This document shows positions 26,806 through 39,069 of a stretch of DNA of 64,000 bases, one piece after another. The translations under genes and the position numbers were made by a program. Each line of letters starts with the position of its first letter. Within the stretch, counting starts at the first letter, position 1. The DNA is from Tubiluchus corallicola. Its lineage: Eukaryota; Animalia; Priapulida. The notes beneath the pieces are model-generated. The model made no database searches, was not told where the DNA came from, and saw nothing but the letters and a program-made list of their open reading frames with translations. The stretch spans positions 1 through 64,000 of the forward strand of contig JAQGDQ010000425.1 of NCBI GenBank assembly GCA_030141605.1, read 5' to 3'.

Positions 26806-27945
26806 CAGGTATATGTAATTTATAACTCTCAAATAGACAAAGCTGCATAATTTCAGGTGCTTAAAAACACATTTCAGTATAATGTCATGCAAGAAAGAAG
26901 AAAAGGAAGTACTAAAGCTTGACTGGGTTGAGTGGTGAATTTCCAAGCAACTCAGTTTAATTTACCAAAATCATAGGCCTATTCCTCAGGATGTATATAA
27001 TTAAAAGCAAGCGAACAGTAAAGGCAAGTTGACATAAAAGATATTTGGTGCAATTCGTAAAACAAGTTGAACGTGTTGTTGATTTCGCAAACAGACACTT
27101 TTCATTGATGTCTGCTTGCTCGCCACTGGTGGTGAAGAGGATCTAGCGCATCCACATTAAGACTGCGGGCTGTGCGAGACTCATCGCTTTCTCAATAAAT
27201 AGTAAGAGCATGATAGAGTCTCAAAAATTTAATAATGACTGAGCACTGAGTAGTACTTTGAAGCAATACACACCTTTTCAACTCATCTGCGTTTTTCTCC
27301 TGGAAAAACATAGACATCCATGGAAGTTGAAGTGGACTGGTTAATTATTATCCTGATTGAAGTACATGTGTAACAAAACCTTTGCACAGTGAGGGAGGCA
27401 AAAACGACGAGTAATAGTGCAGAACAACAGCTACTGATTACTATTAAATCAAAGTATTGCTGAGTCAATAGAAAACCTGTCACGTAGTTTTGATACTTAG
27501 GTTAAGCGTGGAAATCTCATGCATCTCACACAGTTGAACAATACTTAGTTGAACAACAACAGTTGTGTAAATTAACTATTCTGACAATACATGGCAGACG
27601 CATTATTATATAATTTAATATCACCAAAGTGTTTAATCCATTTGAAATTCGTTTCTCATAAGCCATTATAATGGTAATTTCGCCCTGCCAGGGGTGGATT
27701 AAAGGTTTCATGGGCCTATAAGGCAAGCAAAAAACTAGTCGGAAATGATACGGACCTAAATGCATTAGCTATGCGCATGCGCAACTGTACATCCAATTAT
27801 GCTTTGCTGCTGATCCTGAAATTTATTCACACAGAATATTTTTGCACAAAACGATATCTATTTGGTCAAATTAACAGCTTATAAATGAAACATCAGACTC
27901 ACATACAGGTCAGATTGCCATCAAACTTCTTAGAAAATAAAAAAA

Positions 27946-30000
27946 ATGTTAATGGCTGGCTGGCTCTTCCTCAATATTTGCTCAAAATTTCATGAAATGT
28001 TAAGCAATATTTACCATACTCATGTTAAAACTTCAGCTGACCAATTACTACCTAAAATAAAAAAACCTTGGGTAACTAAAGCTATGTTAAAAAGCATTCA
28101 ACATAAAAACAAACTTTATCGATCTGTGCTTAAAAACAAAATCAACAAGGAACAATATACACAGTACAGAAATCAACTTACTAATTTGATAAAAATTTCC
28201 AAGCAAAACTATTATCAACAGAAATTACTAACTTATCAAAATAATATAAAAAAAACCTGGAATGTAATGAAGGAATTGATGCATAAATCTCGTGAATCCT
28301 TGCCTGCTTCTATAAAAGTAAATGACCATTTAACTAATGACAAAAATATAATTGCTAATGCTTTTAATGACTACTTTGTAAACATTGGCCCTTTATTATC
28401 AAACAACATTGAACCTACAAATACTGACCCAAATTCTTATCTTAAAGGAAATTACCCACATTCCTTCTTCTTTCAACCTGTAACTAAAGATGAAATCATT
28501 AGAATCTGCAAGTCATTCCACCCAAATAAAAGTACCGGTATTGATCAGCTCTCTCCCAGAATAATGCTTGATATTATTGAATATATTGCCATACCTTTAA
28601 CCCATATTATTAATTTATCACTTACCTCTGGAATTGTTCCTAATAAGCTAAAGCAGTCCATAATAGTTCCTATTCATAAAGCTGATGATCCACACTGTAT
28701 AAATAATTATAGGCCCATTTCATTACTGCCATGTTTTTCGAAAATTATTGAGAAATGTGTGTCTTTGCAACTTACAGATTATTTACATAAACAAAGCATA
28801 TTAAATGACACACAGTATGGATTTCGTCAAGGCAGTACTACAGAAATGGCTTTAATTGATATGCTGACCAACATAATCAGAGATATTGAAGATAATAAGT
28901 TATCTGTGAGTATTTTCTGTGATCTATCAAAAGCTTTTGACACTGTTGATCATAAAATTTTAATTAACAAATTATACCACTATGGAATAAGAGGTGTTGC
29001 GAATAATTGGTTTGTATGTTACCTATCTGGCAGGTTACAAGCAGTAAAGTATAATAACTATATATCTAACTCAAAATTAATATCTTGTGGTGTTCCACAA
29101 GGGTCGATACTTGGCCCACTCTTGTTTCTTGTGTACATTAATGATATAAAACATTGTATTAATAATGGAAAAATCCTGCAGTTTGCTGATGACACCAGTT
29201 TAATATTTAAATATTACAATACTGTTAATGAAGCTGAAATAAACAATGAATTGCAGCAAATATCAAACTGGTTTAGGAGTAATAAATTATCACTAAATGC
29301 TTCCAAAACTAAATTTGTAGTTTTTAGATCAAGAAACAAGAGAATGCCAAATTTGACATTACAAATTGAAAATAGTTATATTCAACAAGTAAAACAGATT
29401 AAATTCTTAGGTATTGTCATACATGAACACTTAGACTGGCAATCACATATCTCTTACATCAGACTTAAAATTGCTAAAAATATAGGCATCATTACTCACA
29501 TTAAACACAGTCTTTCGAAAGAACACTTACTAATCTTGTATAATAGTCTGGTTTTACCTTATCTCAATTACTGCAGCATTATTTGGGGCCCCACATATCC
29601 ATCTAAACTAATATGCTTAAAAACGTTGCAACGAAAATTTTTAAGGTTAATGTATGGCCTAATGAAACGTAGTGAAGTACCTTTACTTCTTTACCGTGAA
29701 TGTAGAATTATGCAATTAGATGATTTAATCAAATTGAATATTGCAGTATTCATGTATAAATGCAATTATAGACTATTTCCTAAGTTTTTTGCAATTCCTG
29801 TCAAACTGACATCTAAGAGACATAATACAAGATTTAATCAATACATTGTGCCTTTCTGTAGAACCAACATAGCTAAACATTTTATAATATATCAAGGACC
29901 AAAAGTCTGGAATGAGATTTGTCAATCTGCAAAAAATAGCAGATCTATTACTAGATTTAAAATAATGCTAAAAAATCAAATTTTAAGTAAGTATCAGTGA
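27946..30000 (+). CDS. Reverse transcriptase ORF2 of a CR1/L2-group LINE (endonuclease domain missing, 5'-truncated)
   Basis: 684-aa open frame with KPWVT, NYRPISLLPCFSKIIEK, QYGFR, DLSKAFDTVDH, GVPQGSILGPLLFLVYIND, FADDT, KFLGIVI. Confidence 0.93.
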   Translation: MLMAGWLFLNICSKFHEMLSNIYHTHVKTSADQLLPKIKKPWVTKAMLKSIQHKNKLYRSVLKNKINKEQYTQYRNQLTNLIKISKQNYYQQKLLTYQNNIKKTWNVMKELMHKSRESLPASIKVNDHLTNDKNIIANAFNDYFVNIGPLLSNNIEPTNTDPNSYLKGNYPHSFFFQPVTKDEIIRICKSFHPNKSTGIDQLSPRIMLDIIEYIAIPLTHIINLSLTSGIVPNKLKQSIIVPIHKADDPHCINNYRPISLLPCFSKIIEKCVSLQLTDYLHKQSILNDTQYGFRQGSTTEMALIDMLTNIIRDIEDNKLSVSIFCDLSKAFDTVDHKILINKLYHYGIRGVANNWFVCYLSGRLQAVKYNNYISNSKLISCGVPQGSILGPLLFLVYINDIKHCINNGKILQFADDTSLIFKYYNTVNEAEINNELQQISNWFRSNKLSLNASKTKFVVFRSRNKRMPNLTLQIENSYIQQVKQIKFLGIVIHEHLDWQSHISYIRLKIAKNIGIITHIKHSLSKEHLLILYNSLVLPYLNYCSIIWGPTYPSKLICLKTLQRKFLRLMYGLMKRSEVPLLLYRECRIMQLDDLIKLNIAVFMYKCNYRLFPKFFAIPVKLTSKRHNTRFNQYIVPFCRTNIAKHFIIYQGPKVWNEICQSAKNSRSITRFKIMLKNQILSKYQ

Positions 30001-30443
30001 GCAATTAAAATTTCTATCTGTATCCATCCTCACAGTAGTTGCAAAACAGTGGTGTTAACTTAATCAAGTTATTTTAATTTTACATACTATTAAAAAGTAA
30101 TAGTCTTTCTATCTTTTATATCATTCCATATATGAGTTTCATTCATTACATCATTCCATTTTAAGCACTAACGTTTTTTTTTTATCACGATTCACTTTAA
30201 ATTTTCAGATTATCTCCATTACTTTTTTTTTCTCTATCACTGTGTGGGACAATCTAACAAGCCCTGCTTTTTGATTGCCCACAACACATTTACATTCGTG
30301 TATAAGTAAATAGTGCTTGAGGCTTTTCTGTGCAGTATTTTTTATTTGTATTATATCCATTGTAGGCCCTTTCACTGATATTGTATATGTAACCTGTAAA
30401 TGTGTATGGTGAAATAAATGACTATGACTATGACTATGACTAT
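27970..30443 (+). mobile_element. CR1/L2-group LINE including 3' UTR and (GACTAT)n tail
   Basis: RT ORF, AT-rich 3' UTR, AATAAA at about 30413, then (GACTAT)4; 5' junction approximate. Confidence 0.85.
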
Positions 30444-31342
30444 CAATTTATCAACAGCCGTTGTCGTTAATCGTGATGAATGAGAATGATTTTGCTTGTC
30501 ATGCTTTTTCGTTAAGCAAAATGCGAATTGCTGTTCATAACTGAAGTTATCTCTGATGAAGATTCCAAAACGTCGGGCAAAGAGAAATATGCTGAACAGG
30601 TTTAAATGTCCTGTATTACTCTTAAAAGAGTCGAATTCTTTGGTGTAAAGAATATAAACCTCTCTGTCCAAACAGCCTATGTGTTCAAGATACAGGCTGT
30701 GTCCAAGTGTTTTGTAGTGAAGCATCCTATGTCGAAATGTGTGGGTCTATAGGGAAAAACGGTTACTTTGTGCTCAGTATAGGCCCAATCGCTCAAGTAC
30801 TTACTAGGAGTGAGCAAAAAAGAAAACTTGTGTTCAGCACGTTCAGTTTGTTACCCTGTTTACAATAGCTTTATCTTGGTTTGAATGGTCATCGGTTTTT
30901 AGATTCTGAGGCCTATTATAATTTAGGACCTAAGGCTATATAGGCTTATTAGCCTAATGGTTAATTCGCCCCTGTGTTCTCCATGTAGTAGATGCACAGG
31001 ATGTAATACCAAAAGTTGTTTACTTTATTCCCTTGCCCAATGTATCATGTCGTAAATAATTTAAATGTGCTGGTTTTATTATTCATTTATTAAAGTGTGA
31101 GCAATAATGACTGAGCGGCTGAGTAATTTGTTTAGCTAATGACTTGAAACCTAGCAACTTGCAAAGATACTTTTTGTTATAAGGGTTATATATCACACAT
31201 GCTTTGCGACGGGGATCTGTATACATAAAATTTTTATTTGCTTGAGCTGACATGTTAGTTTGACTAACGTCATTCCGGGAAGTAGTATTCACTTTGTTCG
31301 ATTGTGGCTGAGGTAACAGATATGTCATCACTTTACGGAAAA

Positions 31343-31684
31343 ATGACACTTGCTCATATTAATTTTCTTTTGATCTTAATTTGCTTGATAGCAGGATCTT
31401 ACTCTGCTGTGCAAAAGGCTAAATTCGTGACTCCTACACAGCAAAATTCTAGTCTTAAAGCAGATACTGATTCTGCCAGATTAGTGAACGCGCTAGTCAA
31501 AAAGCCATCAGCCATAGAGTGCGCTATATCTTGTGCTGAAGATGAAACATGTAGAAGCATTAACATAATCCCAGATTCTGAAGAAACTGTCCAGTGTGAT
31601 CTGCTTAAATCTAGAGCTATAGACGAGTGCACTACATTTGCAAACAATACAGTGATGGGGTCAGTTTATCTGACTATTCCAGAG
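31343..31684 (+). CDS. Secreted PAN/apple + pentraxin protein, exon 1 (signal peptide and PAN/apple-like domain)
   Basis: MTLAHINFLLILICLIAGSYSA signal peptide; SAIECAISCAEDETCRSIN...CDLL cysteine pattern; donor GAG|GTTAGT; alternative ATG at 31322. Confidence 0.8.
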
Positions 31685-31948
31685 GTTAGTAAGTGTAATT
31701 TCTCCCATCTGCAGTATGTTTTATAGGCCTATCGAGTTCATTTACTCGGTTTAATTGTCTATCTGTCTGTCCGTCCATTCTTCTGCATGTCTGCCTGTCT
31801 GTCTGTGTTTCAGTAAATGTATAGCATATACAGGTCGATGATTACAGATCAAATTGTTCAAACAAAATACTTTTTTATACAAACCAATCAATTTTTTGTA
31901 ATGATGTATTATTAAAACGAAACTTTTCATCAGTGTTTGCATATTATA

Positions 31949-32771
31949 TCGGGTGGACACAAAAAAGCAAGCCCTTCTTAAAATGCCATAGAGCTGAGAA
32001 TTTTTGTCCAGTTTGTATATGAATTTAACAGGGTAAACTAAAACACATTAGCACTTGCCTGCCAATTTTTGCTTAGAAAGTCCAGAAAACAAACATTATT
32101 TTCACGTTTATTGTCATGAAGAACTTAAGAATGAAAACTAGATATTAGTAATTGCACAGACAAAACTGATTGTACTAACTTTATAGTTTGCATAAGTATT
32201 AATTTTATTTTATTTGTTTCATTCCTGTATTCATTAATTTTATTTTAGTTTTTCACATACCTACATTTTAAAACCTGTGCTGTTCACCATAAAAGACGAA
32301 AACATTATTTCAACAATTATTATCAAACATTTCAGGATTGACAAAAGGCATTGCACAAAAAGTTTTTCCAGTCGAAAATGGTAAAGATCAGTCATTGAGA
32401 AATTGCTAAGGAAAACTGATGTCACCGCCTAGGGTTAATTTTGAAAATTTAAAATTCTGGAAAAATAATAAAATGAAATTTACGCTATCATTTATAAAAT
32501 TAATAAAAATTTATTAGTAAAATTGCTAAATATTAATAAAATATTGTTATCCAAAAATACAATCATAAGAATATGTCTTTTTTTCATTTTTACAGGCTTA
32601 ATGACAACATCAAGCATAACTTGTTTAATTTTTTCCCTTTTCTAACAAAAATTAGCGGTAAAAATGCTAAATTATTTGTAGTTTAAACGTTAAATTCACC
32701 TACAAAATAACATAAAAAAATCTCGGCTCTGTGATACTCTAAAACGCACTTACTTTTTTGTGTTCACCCTG
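31949..32771. mobile_element. Tc1/mariner-type non-autonomous element in intron 1 of the PAN-pentraxin gene
   Basis: TA-flanked TIRs TCGGGTGGACACAAAAAAGCAAG / CTTACTTTTTTGTGTTCACCCTG; decayed transposase-like N-terminal codons near 32340-32430. Confidence 0.7.
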
Positions 32772-33188
32772 TATAAAGATTGAACGAAGGGAGCTGAGCA
32801 GTGATGAAGTGATATATAAGGTTATTTAAAGATCAAAGTTCTGGGTGAAATGATACCTTTCTCCTTGATAGCCTGAAATCTTTGGTTATTGCCACGGCTA
32901 CGGCTATACGAATACACCTACTCACGACTATTCGTATTAGGACTATGAAAAAAGCAGATGCAGGGCGAAAGGATGAGCTTTAGAGGTCAAGCAAACGAGT
33001 TGGTGAGCGAGTGGTCTAACCGGGTGACAAAGATGAGTTAGGCTGTGCGCGCGCGCGTGTGTATATGTGTGTGTGTGTGCGTGCATGCGTGTGCATGTGT
33101 GTGCGCGCGTGTTTGTGTGTATTATACGGTGTACTTCGGAATGCTAAATATTTTGTTTATTAATACTTATCTGTGTCTTTTTTTACAG

Positions 33189-33234
33189 GTGGAAAAACAA
33201 TACCTTGAGTTGGTGAACACGGATAATATACAAG
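33189..33234 (+). CDS. PAN-pentraxin protein, exon 2 (linker)
   Basis: TTTTACAG|VEKQYLELVNTDNIQ G|GTTTGC; 46 nt, supplies the phase needed for exon 3. Confidence 0.65.
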
Positions 33235-33799
33235 GTTTGCATAATTGCTTTCACCTTCCCTTTCACCATAAAGCTGTGCTTTTGTCAATTATTTTTTAAC
33301 ATAGATCACTTATCTTACAGTGGTGCGAATAATTACGGTAATGATCGCTAGCATTCAGTAGCAAAAAACCTTCAATTTACGTAAACTGGCCACATAAAAA
33401 AGTTTAAGTAACAGAATAAAATGCAAAATTTTTACTAAACAAAAGAAAAAATCAATTAACAATAGATTATATGAATAAATAAATTGTTTGTAATAGCTAA
33501 CTAGATACTAGTTGCTCTAGCGTGAGAAACATTCCTTTATCAGATGCTCTCATGGTACAAAATTTGTGTTGCCCGGTACCGCATTCGTAACTAGCATTAA
33601 ACTTTTATCAAATTTTTCTGGCACCAAGCTGACAGTGTAAAAATATTTAAAATATTTATCATCATCATCGTCATCATCATCATTGATTTGTTATGTTAAT
33701 TTGATAGCTTATAAAAGCTGGCACAGTAGCAGTGTGTACATTGTAATATACACACCAAGAATGTTACTTCTTTCTTTACTGCTTACCTTATTTTCTTAG

Positions 33800-34034
33800 A
33801 TGAATGTTTTGAAGTTGACTTTCCCTTCAAAAGCGATGCTGATTATTACCAGAAGAACGATGCCTTTCAAGGAGGAGGAAACACAGAACTTTCCTTTTGT
33901 GGTTGGGTCAAGGTCATGTCTTTATCGGAAAATGCATGGCATTTTCTAGGCCTCTGGTCTTACTACATCGATCATGCAGGAGTCTGCATATCTCAAACAG
34001 CGAATACGCAAATCTCATTCTGGAGATACGCTGT
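33800..34034 (+). CDS. PAN-pentraxin protein, exon 3 (pentraxin N-terminal half)
   Basis: ECFEVDFPFKSDADY...ELSFCGWVK (pentraxin xxCxW strand); inferred phase-2 donor GT|GTAATA. Confidence 0.75.
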
Positions 34035-34898
34035 GTAATAAATACAACTTTTTCAACTTGTGCTTTCAGTTAAATGTTAGAATGTTGAAGAATACTATAA
34101 GCAACGCCCCAAATTAAAGTACGAAACGGCAACACACTTCCGCAAATATTGTAAAAGATGAACGTGTAAGCACGTAATGTTGTTACTGGTGGTGGTGGTG
34201 CTGTTGTTGTTGTTGCTACTGTTGATGTTTTTGTTGTTGCTGTTGCTGCTGCTGGTACTGATGCTGTTGGTGTTGTTGTTGCTGCTGTTGCTGTTGTTGT
34301 TGTTATGGCTGCTGTTGCTGGTACCGCCATTGCCGTTCCTAAAATTACTACCGTTTCCTTGCCAAAAACAGTATGAATAACTCAGAATAAATCATTAAAA
34401 TGTATAACAATAATGTATATCATTACATTCATAAATATCTATGTGTAACTAATAATATTGTAAACATGTGTATATGTTCACATATATAGATATGAACCTT
34501 ATTACCAAGATTCTTAAGTTTGTACATTTCGTAAAATTCTTAGGGAAATAACCAGGGAAAATGAACTTTTTCTGTAACTTAGGGAATACGTGACAGAAAG
34601 AACTTTTATTATGCTTCCATCGCAACAACACCTTAATATAGAGTAGGCCTATAAATCAACAGGCATAGCAGCAACAACAACAATAATAACAATAACAAAT
34701 AATGTATGACAAAATTATTATAGCATGCGTTAATGACAAAATGTAATTATGTGGTAGCAATAGCAGCAGCAGTAGCAACAACAGTGACATTGATAACAAC
34801 AGCAGTTTACTAGTAATGGTAATGGTGACAACAATGCAAAACAAGCTAAACAACAGCAGTGGTGGTAATGGTGGTAACTATGATATTTGCTTTTTTAG

Positions 34899-35295
34899 CT
34901 TTGTGCACGGATATTATGATACACTTCATGATGACAAATGGCACTTCATCTGTACTACTTGGAGAAATTCCGATGGACGGACACAAATATACGTAGATGG
35001 AGTCTCAGTTGGCACTGGCTACCTTTTTGCTGCAACACAGATTGAAAAGGGCAAGCAGCTTGTCTTTGGCCAAGAAGTGGACCCTCATGGATTTGACTCA
35101 ATTCAAGCTTTCAAGGGAAAAATTGCTGGTTGGAATTTCTATGATCGCGCACTGGCGGCAGAAGAAATCAAACACTTGTTTCAATATTGTTACCATAGCG
35201 GTGGAAACCTGTGGAAGTGGGGTGACATCAAGACTGGAGGTTTGCATGGTAGTGCTCATCTCAGCAATGATACACCTTCTTGTTTCGGTTTTTAA
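34899..35295 (+). CDS. PAN-pentraxin protein, exon 4 (pentraxin signature)
   Basis: DDKWHFICTTWRNSDG (HxCxTW), LVFGQEVD, FDSIQAFKGKIAGWNFYDRAL; the four exons sum to 1020 nt. Confidence 0.88.
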
Positions 35296-35731
35296 GCGGC
35301 AAGATGTTGAGGAGAAAGAAGAGCTTTTCGATTAAAGCAACCTAACTCACTCAAGAATTATCGCATTCTGTTGTGTTCAGATTTTCGAAACTAACGATAT
35401 TAATCAGTTTTCACATTTTTCATGTTTATCTTATGCTGACGGGCATGTATAACCTGAGGCGCATTTTGTAGCACAATACCTTTATCCTCGTCGTCATCGT
35501 CATTGTCATCGTCATCATCATCATCATTGATTTGTTATGTTAATTTTATAGCTTATAAAAGCTGGCACAGTATAAACTTGAGGCGCATTTTGTAGCACAA
35601 TGCCTTAAATCTCCATTGGTCGGCCCTTTCACATTTTAGTCAGATTATCTTTGCCCTTGTGTTCGTGATTATAATAAATTTTGATGATGTGATTATATTA
35701 AATATATATATATGCAAGAGCAAAGATATAA

Positions 35732-36898
35732 ATATATTCTGTATGCGTAGATATGAATCTACGCATACAGAATTTCAGCTCACTGATAATTATGGCGGTA
35801 AAGCTCTTATACACTTGTAAACTGTAGGTAAAATTTAACACTCCTAGCTAAAGGGAAAACCTGCTGTTTAGTTATAAATCAGCAAGTTCGGACTTATTTC
35901 AATTGTACTGCCATAATAATGGAAGCTTGTCGCTTGCTTAAACAATTGCAAAGGAGACTGACCTCCTTAAAATCAGTGACGCAGGTAGCGCGCAATACTT
36001 GTGCTGGAAATTCTGGAGGTGGCAATTTCTAGAAATCATACTGGCTGTTATTTTGACAGTTGCCACTATGATCGTGTTTGGGCTAGAGTTTTTGTAAAAG
36101 TCGTCTTGTATCTTACTTAGTCAGGCAGGGTAATAGATGCATTTATGTGAACTAAGGTCCGGGTTTGTGGTTATCACAACTCTTGACGACTAAAGATAAG
36201 TGTACTGGTTCTTCTATTATATAAATAGCTGTGCTTTTATCTTTATTATGATATACTATGAAAATCTAGAAAGAGGTTGTAATTGTGATTTCTTACTGGA
36301 AGAAAACATTGTTAACAATTGTGAATATAAATTGGAAGTAGTTGCTGGAGTATGGATTAATACTTGCATTTGCAAAAGATTTGGATTACATTTACTTCTT
36401 ACAAATTTCTAAGTTGGACCCTGTTTAAATGGAAACAAATGAGTTTAACTGAGCGTTTCTCTCGATGTTTATTTTGGTTGTAATGAAGTGTGAACTCACC
36501 TTTGGAATATTGAAATTTAGATCTAGCTAAAGTGTACGGAAATAAGTTGTAACTTTTAGTTATCCTTATTAAAAACATTCATTGGAAAATAAAGTTGAAG
36601 TAAAATCTGTGAAAGGTTAAATAAAAGCTTTAAAGATTAAGAGAAATCAAAATTCTGACATTGTATTTAAAGACTGTTTTTCAACTGATTAGCTGAGTCA
36701 TGTCTACTCTCTGTTTCCATGTATAAACAGCATTCAAAACAGTCATTCAAATTATAACATCTACTTAGAATTTATTATGCTACACATGTATATCATATAT
36801 AGTAATTAGTTTAGTATTTAAGCTATACCAATTGCTTGCGCAAAATACTACCGGGTGTAATTTGAATAATTATTTTGTTTAAACAGAAATTCTTGTTT
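35732..36898 (+). mobile_element. HINE/Helentron-like element, longer copy 2
   Basis: Same 17-bp 5' hairpin and first 255 bp as 25931-26185; candidate 3' end AAACAGAAATTCTTGTT; 3' boundary is inferred. Confidence 0.55.
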
Positions 36899-39069
36899 CT
36901 ACTTTCATTTTTAGCATTTATTTGACTAAAATGGCCGCAACGTTAAATTGGTAAAGAACCGGAGTATAAAACAAATAAAAACACAACCGTTCACGCCTTT
37001 TCAAAATTAACTCTCTGACATTAGCCGTGTCTGCTTCTGTGAGACGCAAATCACAAGGGGAGGAGGGTTTTTTACTCCCAGCAATGTCTTAATACAATAA
37101 TTGTTGAAAACTGTACAAAACCTTTTAATCAAAACAAACCTCACCCCACGCCACGTCACTAATTCTTATTATAGTATAATTCTTATTATTATTCTCGTTA
37201 TTGTTATTATTATTAGTAATTGTTGCTGTAGTAGTATAATAGTGTTAACTGAGCAATTAAAAGCATAAAAAGTCAGATGGCTTCAAACCACACCTGTGGT
37301 GTATCATCGGGTGAAGAAAAAAAAAGGGGGGAAACCACATAAAAATAAAATAATTGTTGGGCCTCCATTTTTCATTATTTTCACATAGAAATATCACACT
37401 TAAAAAGAATTTAGTCTAATTATTAAAACAATTATTAAACGTTAAGCTCAAATCATGTGTTCGTCCACACCTACTTCAATGCATTATATGCGATAGATGA
37501 AATTAGTAACAAGATATAGCACGCGACAGTTAACTACAATTTTACTAGTACACAAATGTGTTTGTAATGTAGAATTCAAGTTACACGCCATCAGATTTGT
37601 CTTAATTAAATTGCAATCCTACAATGAGTCATTTAAGCTGTTTTGTTTGAAGAAACTCAGGCATGATTAAAATCAAAGCATTGAAATTTAGCATTATTAA
37701 CATCAAAAATATGACTGGCAATGCCATGTTGTGATGATTATAAACTATGCTCTTTAAGCCAAATTTTTAAGGCGCGTCTGGCCCTCCTCCCCAAAAATAG
37801 AATTTGTCGCATGAGTTACAAGATGATTTTTAAACGCGACCGTTATTATTGAATTTGTGAGGAGTATCACTAGAGAAGTCTGATAATAACTTATTGAAGT
37901 ACTTGAATAGCAGTTTATATTTTGTAAACAGAGAGCTGAGGTCTCAAGACATAAGGTATCATTTATGGTACGACATAATTTTTAATTATTAATATTATTA
38001 TTATAATTGGAAATTTGAATAACCGAATTTTACTGATTTTGTTGGATTATCAGTAGATTTTGCTTTAAGTAGCCCTTTTTGAGGACATCTTCAAGATAAA
38101 TCAGTTTGGTTAATGAGGTTTTCATAGGGGATAATTTATCTTCTAAATGAATGTCGTCACCAATTTAATAGTGCTCTGAGGAACATGCCTTGTGTTAAGC
38201 TCAGTTTAATATTTGAGTTTAAACAGAGCTCAGCATTGGTTGGTTTTTGTATACTGGGGAAGACACAAGTATGGTTGAATGATTGTGAATGAAAACAGTG
38301 AAATGGCTAAAGAGGTTGAATTTTTAGTATCACATTCAGTTTTATAAGTAAATGCCTCTGCCTCTTTCTCTGATGTTTTTTCCGCACCCCTAGTTCTTAT
38401 ATCTTGTTAACCCCTAAGGGTGAGCGTTCTCTACCAGAAAGCGAATTCGAATTGGGTCTGAAAGATTTTCGAACAAGTTTTCGAACCAGTAGTAAAAAGT
38501 GGTCTTACAAATGTCATACATATCACTTGATTTTGTTCTGCAGTGAAAGCACTATTAGTTTGTTAAAAAAATTTGCACCAGGTTCCAAACAAGCCACTCA
38601 CAGGTCATAGCTCTCATTAACAAAATTCCAAAGACCAACCTTAAACAAACCAGCCGCAGACCAGATTTCGGAAGACCAGACCCAGGCAGACTAGACATAA
38701 AGGCCCTGGATGAAACAGACGACAGGCAGACCAGATTACTGATAGACTAGACCTGACCAGAGATAGCTGTTGCGTAGAAACAGCCTGACCAGACTAAGAG
38801 TTAGAGCTAACCAAACCCTGAAAAGACCCAACCACTGACCACGACTGAACCTTTGTTAGTTTTTTACATAATGCATTACTTTTGTTACGCAATTATTGTT
38901 CGATAACGAAGCAAAAATTGTTATGTAATAATTGTCACATAATTAAGCAAAATTTATTCCATAATGACAAATGGTTTGTTACAAAAGGCAGCATTTCAGT
39001 TAGATAATGCTGCATTGCTACATAATGAACCTCAACATTAACCTTGCGATCTACTGAGCTCAACGGCGT

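Larger units (their letters stand above)
27689..30974. mobile_element. hAT-like non-autonomous DNA transposon shell containing a nested LINE
   Basis: Termini CAGGGGTGGATTAA (27689) and TTAATTCGCCCCTG (30961-30974) are imperfect inverted repeats with subterminal GCCTA motifs; TSD not clean. Confidence 0.5.
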
